Part shown: positions 9,433 to 17,295 of the stretch, piece by piece
How the letters are laid out: every line of letters starts with the position of its first letter
Position numbering within the stretch: position 1 is the first letter of the stretch
NCBI RefSeq assembly: GCF_036677985.1
Contig: NZ_JAZDST010000012.1
Location: 86,971-150,970, forward strand
Source of the DNA: Chryseobacterium aquaticum
GTDB taxonomy: Bacteria; Bacteroidota; Bacteroidia; Flavobacteriales; Weeksellaceae
DNA length: 64,000 nucleotides
Direction of reading: 5' to 3'
Notes under the pieces: generated by a model
Databases searched by the model: none
Seen by the model: only the letters and a program-made list of their open reading frames with translations
What the model was told of the DNA's origin: nothing
Position numbers and translations under genes: made by a program

Positions 9433-9655
9433 GTATCAATCACAGAGCAAGAAAGCTCTGCGATTATACTAAAGGTTGTAATAATTGTGTTTTTAGAATC
9501 ATTTCCGAGTTTTCTTAAATATAGTTTACAGAGCCTTTCGACTCCGCAAACAATATTTTAGATTTTTTCATCATTTGTATTTTTACCTCCCAAGTTAAAA
9601 ATCTTGGTTTGTCACTAATCTATCTTTGGAACAATGATTAGTGATATTTTTCTTG
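9433..9655 (-). ncRNA. Putative structured small RNA, copy 3
   Basis: Same architecture as copy 1, with a compensatory G-C to A-U change in the distal hairpin; ends approximate. Confidence 0.65.
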
Positions 9656-9658
9656 AGA

Positions 9659-9738
9659 CAAAAGTAGTAACATATTGATATACAAACACAGTAAATCATA
9701 TCGATAAATGTCGAACGAGCTATAGATACTTATCTACA
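9659..9738 (-). promoter_or_regulatory. Promoter plus two 18-bp palindromic boxes, copy 3
   Basis: TACTTTTG (9659-9666); boxes TATCGATAAATGTCGAAC (9699-9716) and TATAGATACTTATCTACA (9721-9738). Confidence 0.75.
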
Positions 9739-9793
9739 ACTTATGATAAAGATGATTAAAAATAAAATTTACAAGAGAATCTTTAAGTGATAA

Positions 9794-10438
9794 TTACTGA
9801 TGGTTTTTCACCAATTCAACAAGTTCTACAATATTATCAATCTTTAATTTGTCAAATATCCGCTTTTTAATTGTACTTACTGTATTTTGTTTGAGATCCA
9901 GAAGATTTGCAATTTCGAGGTTTCCGTGACCTTTGCTGTACAGTTCTGCAATTTGTAATTCTCTTTCGGTAAGACCAAACAATGGATTGATAACTTTACG
10001 ATCTCGTAGAGAATTCATCAACAAAGCCTGTGTAGCGGGAGAAATATATTCTCCATCTTCTTTCATTTTTATAATTGCTTTCTTGATTTCTTCTTCCTCA
10101 CTTAGCTTGCTTAAAAAACCATTGGCACCTGCATTGATGTATTTAAGAGCATGCATATTTTCGTCTATTCCTGTAAATACCAGAATTTTTGTCTCAGGAT
10201 TTATTTTTCTTATTTCAGGTATTAAACTCAAACTATTACCGTCTGGAAAATGAGCATCAATAATCACTATATCTATGGGATTTGCTTTTATCAGCTCCAA
10301 TGTCTTTTGTAAATTCGGAGCCTGAAGAATTACAGTGTCAAACGGCAGATCTTCCAACAGGAAAGCGATTCCCTGTCGTATTAAGCTATGATCATCTGCA
10401 AGAAGAAAATTTATTGATGTATTCTCAATATAACTCAT
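9794..10438 (-). CDS. NarL/FixJ (LuxR-HTH) family response regulator
   Basis: LLADDH, IIDAHFPDG (phospho-Asp), VFTG, GFLSK receiver residues; LTERELQI...EIANLLDLKQNTVST HTH. Confidence 0.93.
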   Translation of the reverse strand: MSYIENTSINFLLADDHSLIRQGIAFLLEDLPFDTVILQAPNLQKTLELIKANPIDIVIIDAHFPDGNSLSLIPEIRKINPETKILVFTGIDENMHALKYINAGANGFLSKLSEEEEIKKAIIKMKEDGEYISPATQALLMNSLRDRKVINPLFGLTERELQIAELYSKGHGNLEIANLLDLKQNTVSTIKKRIFDKLKIDNIVELVELVKNHQ

Positions 10439-12165
10439 TTATTCAACTTTAAATTAAGAGAAAAAGATACGGTAGTTCCTTCATTTAACTCGCTATCGAC
10501 AGAAATATTACCTGAATATAATTCGACAAGTTCTTTACACAAACTCAATCCTAGACCCGCACCAAGATTTTCTACCTCATCGGAAATAATTCCCTGATAA
10601 TAAGGTTCAAATATTTTTTCTAAATCTGACTTTGAAATTCCTACGCCAGAATCCGTAATCTGCGTTTTTAGAACAACAGTATTTTCATCTACAGGCTCTG
10701 CAGAAGTCTTTACCGTAATTTCACCATTCTCTGTAAATTTATTGGCATTTCCGAGAATATTCATAAAAAGCTGATTGATTTTTGTATTGTCTGAATATAC
10801 AACAATATTCGGATCAATGTTTTTATCAATAATAAATTTATTATTTCTTGTCTGAATATAAGGCTCTATAGAAGTTAAGATAGATTCTACTTCGTTATTC
10901 AGATTAAAACTCACAGGAATCAGTTTATTTTCAACCTGTTGATTTTTAGTATATTCCAAAATCTGATTTGCCTGCATCAAAAGTGTATTATTAGTAAAGC
11001 TTATAGATTTTAAATACTCTTTAATGCTTTCGTCTGTTGTTTTCTTATTAATCCTATTGATGAAAATACCAATAATTTTCAAAGGAGACCTCAATTCGTG
11101 GCTCAACATTCCCAGAATTCTGTTTTTGAAATTCAGATTCTCTTTAATCTGAAGATTAGCAGCATTTAATCTTCTCTCATAAATAAATGCAATTCTTGTA
11201 AAATACATGATTAATATAGAAACGATAAACATCAAAATCATTAATCCTATGACCAGATCTTTTCTGATTTTATTACTTTTAGAATTTTGCGCAGCATACT
11301 CTTTTTCAAGATCCGTTTTAGAATCTTTTACCGCAGATTCATACACTCTCATCAGTTCGTTACTGTAAACCAATAATGAATTGAATGTAGAAAAGAGCTT
11401 CACACTCTCGTTTTTCCCATTATCTTTATTCTTGTTTACATTTACACGTATTTTTTGAACTTCTTTTGTGTAATGCTTATTGATGGAGTTTACAATACTG
11501 TCAACTTCACCTTTTACAGTAGGAATATCTAATATTTTACCGCCTTTTACCGTTACTACCACACTGTCTTTCCTTACGTTTTCCTTTCCTGATATTGCAT
11601 CACCGATACGACCAAACAAACCCTTCTTTTTTACGGTATCAGAATATGTTTTGGTTTGTACCTCAAATTTATCGAAATTATAATTGTAGTTGTACGTTTT
11701 AAGTTTCGGCAGAGCTTCGGGTATTTTTAGATTTGCATTTGTAGAAAACTGATAGGTAGAATCTGTAAGCAATTTTAGATTTTTTGTTTCGCCTACATTC
11801 TTTTTGTGAGATACTAAAATAGTTTTTACTCTCGGATTTTGAAATTTAAAATTATTAATGCTGTCAAGATTTTTTGTCAGTTTATTAACAGAAGTAAAAT
11901 AAGATTTTAAATACTGATCGTCTCGGCTGGTAACGTATTCCTGAAAATAATTTTGTGCATTATTAAGCTCTTTTCGGGAATCATCCGTAAGGTTCTCCAA
12001 TTGGTGAACTTCATTTAATTGTTTTTCAATGAAGTTTAAATTCTTATTATTAACGAATTCATTGTAAAAAAAACCTGCTATTATACATTGTATTAAAAGA
12101 ATGCAAATAATAAAAGAATATTGTACAATTTTTCTCAATCTAAAACTCATCGACTTTTTAACCAT
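10435..12165 (-). CDS. Membrane sensor histidine kinase (HisKA + HATPase_c)
   Basis: Two TM segments flanking a periplasmic domain; SHELRSPL H-box, NILGNANKFT, DSGVGI, GAGLGLSLC; 4-nt overlap with the response regulator. Confidence 0.93.
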   Translation of the reverse strand: MVKKSMSFRLRKIVQYSFIICILLIQCIIAGFFYNEFVNNKNLNFIEKQLNEVHQLENLTDDSRKELNNAQNYFQEYVTSRDDQYLKSYFTSVNKLTKNLDSINNFKFQNPRVKTILVSHKKNVGETKNLKLLTDSTYQFSTNANLKIPEALPKLKTYNYNYNFDKFEVQTKTYSDTVKKKGLFGRIGDAISGKENVRKDSVVVTVKGGKILDIPTVKGEVDSIVNSINKHYTKEVQKIRVNVNKNKDNGKNESVKLFSTFNSLLVYSNELMRVYESAVKDSKTDLEKEYAAQNSKSNKIRKDLVIGLMILMFIVSILIMYFTRIAFIYERRLNAANLQIKENLNFKNRILGMLSHELRSPLKIIGIFINRINKKTTDESIKEYLKSISFTNNTLLMQANQILEYTKNQQVENKLIPVSFNLNNEVESILTSIEPYIQTRNNKFIIDKNIDPNIVVYSDNTKINQLFMNILGNANKFTENGEITVKTSAEPVDENTVVLKTQITDSGVGISKSDLEKIFEPYYQGIISDEVENLGAGLGLSLCKELVELYSGNISVDSELNEGTTVSFSLNLKLNK

Positions 12166-12250
12166 TTTGCGTGTATTTAGTGTATAAATTTAATAAAAAT
12201 TCCCGTAAAAATGATTTTTACAGGAATTCTATTTATTTAATTATAATCGT

Positions 12251-13261
12251 TTATAATGTTTTAAACTGCTCTAATGTTCTTTTATCATTCTCGAAGAACA
12301 TTCTGATGTCACTCATTTGATAAAGCAGCATTGTAATTCTCTCAATTCCCATTCCGAAAGCATAACCAGAATATTTTTCAGAATCTATATTTACATTCTT
12401 CAAAACAGCAGGATCTACCATACCACAACCCATAATTTCCAACCAACCTGTTCCTTTTGTAATTCTGTAATCTGTCTCGGAGTTTAATCCCCAATACACA
12501 TCAATTTCTGCGCTTGGCTCAGTAAAAGGAAAATATGAAGGTCTCATCCTGATTTTAGATTTCCCGAAAAGCTCGGTGGTAAAAAACTGAATCGTCTGCT
12601 TCAAATCTGCAAAACTTACCTTTTCATCAATATATAAACCTTCAATCTGATGGAAAATACAGTGTGAACGAGAAGAAACTGCCTCATTTCTGAAAACTCT
12701 TCCTGGAGATAAAATTCTGATTGGTGGCTGATTTTCTTCCATATAACGAATCTGAACCGAAGAAGTGTGCGTTCTCAAAAGAATATCAGGATTTTGCTCA
12801 ATGAAAAAAGTATCCTGCATATCTCTTGCCGGATGATATTCGGGTAAATTAAGCGCAGTGAAATTATGCCAGTCATCTTCAATTTCCGGTCCGTCTGCTA
12901 CAGCAAAACCTATTGACTTAAAAATCTCTATAATTCTGTTTTTCACCAAATTAATAGGATGTCTGGAACCTAAATCTAAAGGGAAAGCCGGTCTCGTAAG
13001 ATCTTCTTTTTCTAAAACAACAGAAGATTCGGAAGCATTTTTAAAATCTTCCAATTTTGCTAATATAGCTTGCTTTAAAGAATTAACTTTCTGCCCGAAT
13101 TCTTTTTTCTGATCATTGGGAACTGTTTTTAACGCATCATAAAAATCGTTTAAAACTCCTTTTTTACCATTATACTTGATTCGGAAATTCTCTATTTCAT
13201 CTTTGGATGTTGCGCTGAAGTTGTTTACTTCGATGAGTAATTCTTCTATCTTTTCTGTCAT
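12251..13261 (-). CDS. pheS: Phenylalanine-tRNA ligase alpha subunit
   Basis: [37 protein letters not shown]. Confidence 0.98.
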   Translation of the reverse strand: MTEKIEELLIEVNNFSATSKDEIENFRIKYNGKKGVLNDFYDALKTVPNDQKKEFGQKVNSLKQAILAKLEDFKNASESSVVLEKEDLTRPAFPLDLGSRHPINLVKNRIIEIFKSIGFAVADGPEIEDDWHNFTALNLPEYHPARDMQDTFFIEQNPDILLRTHTSSVQIRYMEENQPPIRILSPGRVFRNEAVSSRSHCIFHQIEGLYIDEKVSFADLKQTIQFFTTELFGKSKIRMRPSYFPFTEPSAEIDVYWGLNSETDYRITKGTGWLEIMGCGMVDPAVLKNVNIDSEKYSGYAFGMGIERITMLLYQMSDIRMFFENDKRTLEQFKTL

Positions 13262-13387
13262 TATATTAACCCTTTCAAAAATGTATCTGCAAAAATAAGG
13301 TTTTCCAACTAAAAAAGTTTTGAATTTTTCATAAAAAAACTGTCTTTTTCGGAAGACAGTTTTATATTAATTCTTAAAGTTGAAAAT

Positions 13388-14044
13388 TTACTTCTTTTCT
13401 AAAGCTTTAATATTGATCTGAAGAGTAATTTCATCTTTTATTACCCCGTTTTCTACAGGACTTTGAAATTTCACACCAAACTCTTCTCTCATTATATCTT
13501 TTGGCTCTGTTGCAATACTTACTGTTCCTTCGTTTACGGAAACATTGGCTTTAAATTGCACAGGTTTTGTAATTCCTTTAATAGTTAAATTCCCATCAAG
13601 AATTGTGTTGTAATCACCTTCAGCAGATGGAGTTACCTTTGTAATCTCATAAGAAGAAGTCGGGAATTTTTCAGTTTCAAAAAAATCTCCGCTTTTAAGA
13701 TGACCATTTAGTTTAGATAATTGCTCTGCATCTTCTTTTAAATCTACTGAAGTAAGAGAATTCATATCTGCAACAAATTTCCCACTTTCCAGCTTCCCAT
13801 CTTTTACAGTTACGTCTCCGCTTTCAAAGGTAATCGTTCCAAAATGACCTGTGTTTTCAGACTTAAAAACCTTATAACCCTTCCACTCCACTTTACTGTT
13901 GAGCGTATCAATTACATATTTGTCTCCTTCTTTTGTGGTTGTAACTTCATTATTTTCACTTGTTACAGGTTTTTCTTTTTGACAAGACACCACTATTGCT
14001 GCAAAAAGTACGGGAACAGCAAATAAGAACAATTTTCTTTTCAT
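13388..14044 (-). CDS. YceI family lipoprotein
   Basis: Lipobox VVSC; SKVEWKG, HLKSGDFFETEKFP, GNLTIKGITKPV. Confidence 0.88.
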   Translation of the reverse strand: MKRKLFLFAVPVLFAAIVVSCQKEKPVTSENNEVTTTKEGDKYVIDTLNSKVEWKGYKVFKSENTGHFGTITFESGDVTVKDGKLESGKFVADMNSLTSVDLKEDAEQLSKLNGHLKSGDFFETEKFPTSSYEITKVTPSAEGDYNTILDGNLTIKGITKPVQFKANVSVNEGTVSIATEPKDIMREEFGVKFQSPVENGVIKDEITLQINIKALEKK

Positions 14045-14194
14045 ATTGTAGAATATTATTTGTTTTAAAGCTTTATAATCGCATTTTCCGGCTCAGATAT
14101 TTAGAACCATTACTGTGATTTTATAATAATTTTAACACTATGCAAAATTACTAAAAATATGCCAGTCTTCTGTAAAAACCACTATTTTTGCATA

Positions 14195-15133
14195 ATGTTA
14201 CTAGAGATAAACAACTTACATTTTTCACATACTAAAGACCATCCTTTATTCAGAAACTTCAGCCTTACATTGGATGAGGGAAAAATCATTGCTTTGGCAG
14301 GAGAAAGCGGTTGCGGAAAATCTACGCTGCTGAGTCTTATCTATGGACTTCTGAATTGGGAAGAAGGCGAAATCATCTTCGAAGGCAATAAACTTTTGGG
14401 ACCGAAAGGAAACTTAGTGCCCGGAGAAGCAGAGATGAAATTTGTAGCTCAGAATTTTGATCTGATGCCTTATGCGACCGTAGCAGAAAATGTAGGAAAA
14501 TTTCTTTCAAATATTAATTTGGTAAAGAAAAAAGAAACCGTAAAAGAACTTCTGGAAGTAGTAGGATTATCAGAATTTGCCAACGTTCTGCCAAAAAATC
14601 TGAGTGGCGGACAACAGCAAAGAGTTGCCATTGCAAGAGCGCTTTCAGTTTTACCGAAATTACTTTTGCTGGATGAACCTTTCAGTCATCTTGATTTTGC
14701 CCGAAAAATTGAACTTCGGGAAAAACTTTTCAGGTATGTAAAAGAAAAAAATATCTCACTCATTATTTCTACGCATGAACTTCAGGATATTATTCCGTGG
14801 TTGGATCAACTTGTAATTTTACAAAACGGAAGACTAATACAGAATGACAGTCCCGAAGAAACGTATCAAAACCCTTACAATATATATGTTGCAAAACTTT
14901 TTGGTGAAGTCAATATCTTTACAGAAACTGAAATGAAAGATTTTGAAATTCCACGTTTTGCATATTATCCGCAACAGATAAAAATTTCAGAAAATGGCTT
15001 TGAAGCAAAAGTTCTGGAAAGCAGATTTGCAGGAAATCATTACTGGAATAGAATAATCTCAAAAAATAAAGAACTTATCGTTCATACCAATGAGAAAATA
15101 CAAGGTTTTGTAAGAATATCTTTAGCCAATTAA
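14195..15133 (+). CDS. ABC transporter ATP-binding protein (FbpC/PotA-like)
   Basis: GESGCGKST Walker A, LSGGQQQRV signature, LLLDEP Walker B; start re-set to MLLEIN at 14195. Confidence 0.88.
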   Translation: MLLEINNLHFSHTKDHPLFRNFSLTLDEGKIIALAGESGCGKSTLLSLIYGLLNWEEGEIIFEGNKLLGPKGNLVPGEAEMKFVAQNFDLMPYATVAENVGKFLSNINLVKKKETVKELLEVVGLSEFANVLPKNLSGGQQQRVAIARALSVLPKLLLLDEPFSHLDFARKIELREKLFRYVKEKNISLIISTHELQDIIPWLDQLVILQNGRLIQNDSPEETYQNPYNIYVAKLFGEVNIFTETEMKDFEIPRFAYYPQQIKISENGFEAKVLESRFAGNHYWNRIISKNKELIVHTNEKIQGFVRISLAN

Positions 15134-15392
15134 CAATTATTTATTACTCTTAATGTTAGTTTGTGGATAAATTAGAAAGATTTAGTTAGCTGATTTACAG
15201 TTATTTTAATAAATTTGATATAACTAAAAACATAAGGAAATTTTTGGTTCAATTCTCTTCCTACTAATAAACTGAAATTAGCATTTTGCCTGCAATGAAA
15301 GTTTTTGGAAGATTACACTGTTCAATCTTTTCCTTTTTCTAAAAAAAATGCGCCCATTTAGGAGCGCATTTTATATTTCTACAAGAGAATTA

Positions 15393-15737
15393 TTAAGCTT
15401 TCTTTACAAACTCAGATTTCAAAGCCATAGAACCAAAACCATCAATTTTACAGTCAATATTATGATCGCTTTCTGGTCTTAGTCTGATATTTTTCACTTT
15501 AGTACCTGCTTTTACTGGTTTCGGAGCACCTTTTACAGGCAGATCTTTTACAACAACTACAGAATCTCCATCGTGTAATTCGTTTCCGTTGGCATCTAAA
15601 ATTTTTCCCGCATTATCGCTTTCCGAAGCAGTTTCCTCAGGATTCCATTCGTGGAAACACTGCGAACAAACCATCATATTATCACTTGGATAAGTAAATT
15701 CCGAACCGCATTTTGGGCAAACCAAAGTATCACTCAT
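15393..15737 (-). CDS. PhnA/YjdM-type zinc-ribbon protein
   Basis: CPKCGS...[30 protein letters not shown]; start re-set to MSDTLVC. Confidence 0.88.
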   Translation of the reverse strand: MSDTLVCPKCGSEFTYPSDNMMVCSQCFHEWNPEETASESDNAGKILDANGNELHDGDSVVVVKDLPVKGAPKPVKAGTKVKNIRLRPESDHNIDCKIDGFGSMALKSEFVKKA

Positions 15738-15989
15738 TTTATTAATTTTTTGCAAAGGTAATTTTTTTGAATTATAAGTCAGGAAAAATTAGAAAATACG
15801 TTTTATTGCAGATAAGCTAAAGTCTAGAAAAGTGAAGTTTAGTTTAAATCAACAAAAAAAAAAAAAAAAATGATTGTAAGTTTTTATCTTTAGTCTAATT
15901 TCTTTCATCCAATTATAAGTCACAATTATAAACTCATTACTCTCAACTTAAATTCGTATTTTTGCAAGTTCAAACAGCTTACTGCAATT

Positions 15990-17195
15990 ATGGAATTGAT
16001 ACACAGAAACTTGGCAATCGGGATTCACGATGCTTTACAAGAAACTTTTTTTGAGAAAAATAAATACGCCGACAAAGTAATCGAAAGACTTTTGAAGTCA
16101 CACAGAAAGTGGGGAAGCCAGGACAGAGCAGTTGTTTCAGAGATTTTCTACAACATTATCCGTTGGAAAAGACGTTTGGAATATTATATGGGCGAAAGCG
16201 TAAAGCCAGACAATGTATATAAGCTGATTGTTGCATACTGTCTTTATAGCAAAACCAATTACAAAAGATTTGAAGAGTTTGAAGGCATTAAAATCGCTGA
16301 TATTACTACTAAATTGAAGAAAGGAACCGTTCCTACAAAATCTATAGAATACTCAATTCCCGAATGGCTAGCCGAAACTTTGGAAAAAGAATTGGGACCT
16401 ATCTGGGAAAAAGAAATGAAGGCATTAAATGAGCAGGCTCCCACCGTTTTGAGAGCAAACTCTTTGAAAACTTCTCCGAAAGAATTGATCTCAGATCTTG
16501 CAGATGATAATGTGGTCGCATATACTGTAAGAAATTATCCTGATGCAGTGCAGTTAGAAGAGAAAAAAAATGTTTTTCTTACGAGTGCTTTTAAAGACGG
16601 ATTGTTTGAAGTACAAGATGCAACCTCTCAAAAAATCGGTTACTTTTTAGATGTAAAAGAAGGTCAACGCGTTGTTGATGCTTGTGCAGGTGCAGGTGGA
16701 AAAACGCTTCATCTTGCTGCATTAATGGGTAATAAAGGACAAATCATTGCTTTAGATATTTACGAATGGAAGTTGGCTGAGCTAAAACGTCGTGCAAAAA
16801 GAGCCGGAGCTCACAATATCGAAACCCGAATGATTTCTGATAACAAAGTGATCAAACGTCTTCATGAGAAAGCCGATAGATTATTGATTGATGCACCGTG
16901 TTCAGGTTTGGGAGTTTTAAAAAGAAATCCGGACAGCAAATGGAAAATTGATCAGGCTTTTATCGACAGAATAAAAACAGAACAGCAGCAAATTCTTCAG
17001 GACTATTCTAAAATCCTTAAAAAAGGCGGAAAAATGGTGTATGCAACGTGTTCCATTCTTCCATCTGAAAACAACGAACAGGTTGCAGAATTTCTGAAAA
17101 ACAACCCTGATTTCAAATTAATAAAAGACGAAAAAATAATGCCAAGTCAAGGATATGATGGATTCTACATGGCTCTTATTGAAAGATTAGCTTAA
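15990..17195 (+). CDS. RsmB/NOL1/NOP2/sun family m5C RNA methyltransferase
   Basis: FEVQDA, VDACAGAGGKT, LIDAPCSGLG, VYATCSI. Confidence 0.92.
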   Translation: MELIHRNLAIGIHDALQETFFEKNKYADKVIERLLKSHRKWGSQDRAVVSEIFYNIIRWKRRLEYYMGESVKPDNVYKLIVAYCLYSKTNYKRFEEFEGIKIADITTKLKKGTVPTKSIEYSIPEWLAETLEKELGPIWEKEMKALNEQAPTVLRANSLKTSPKELISDLADDNVVAYTVRNYPDAVQLEEKKNVFLTSAFKDGLFEVQDATSQKIGYFLDVKEGQRVVDACAGAGGKTLHLAALMGNKGQIIALDIYEWKLAELKRRAKRAGAHNIETRMISDNKVIKRLHEKADRLLIDAPCSGLGVLKRNPDSKWKIDQAFIDRIKTEQQQILQDYSKILKKGGKMVYATCSILPSENNEQVAEFLKNNPDFKLIKDEKIMPSQGYDGFYMALIERLA

Positions 17196-17295
17196 ATCTC
17201 ATTTACCATAAAATACACAAACTACTCTATTTTTGGAGTAGTTTTTTTTATTAACTCATTCAAAACTTTACCTTTGTGAAAACCATCAAAACATC

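Larger units (their letters stand above)
8533..9738 (-). repeat. Three diverged tandem non-coding units, period about 445 bp
   Basis: Identical blocks TTTACAGAGCCTTTCGACTC at 8635, 9089, 9525 and TCTTGAGACAAAA at 8763, 9211, 9651; ATGATTAGT and TACCTCC also recur in the same order. Confidence 0.95.

Noticed and set aside
8753-9561. Plus-strand ORFs 8753-8941, 8964-9197 and 9376-9561
   Set aside because: Non-ATG starts and different lengths; the shared LQSLST text only reflects the repeated DNA; promoters and G-U pairs point to the minus strand
8533-9738. CRISPR array, type III toxin-antitoxin repeats or IS/MITE as explanation of the tandem units
   Set aside because: Units are about 320 bp and diverged, not 23-50 nt near-identical repeats; no cas, toxin or transposase gene, terminal inverted repeats or target duplications
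8926-9778. 11-bp inverted match CTCTTGTAAAT / ATTTACAAGAG as invertible-segment ends
   Set aside because: Short and AT-rich, no recombinase nearby; chance is sufficient
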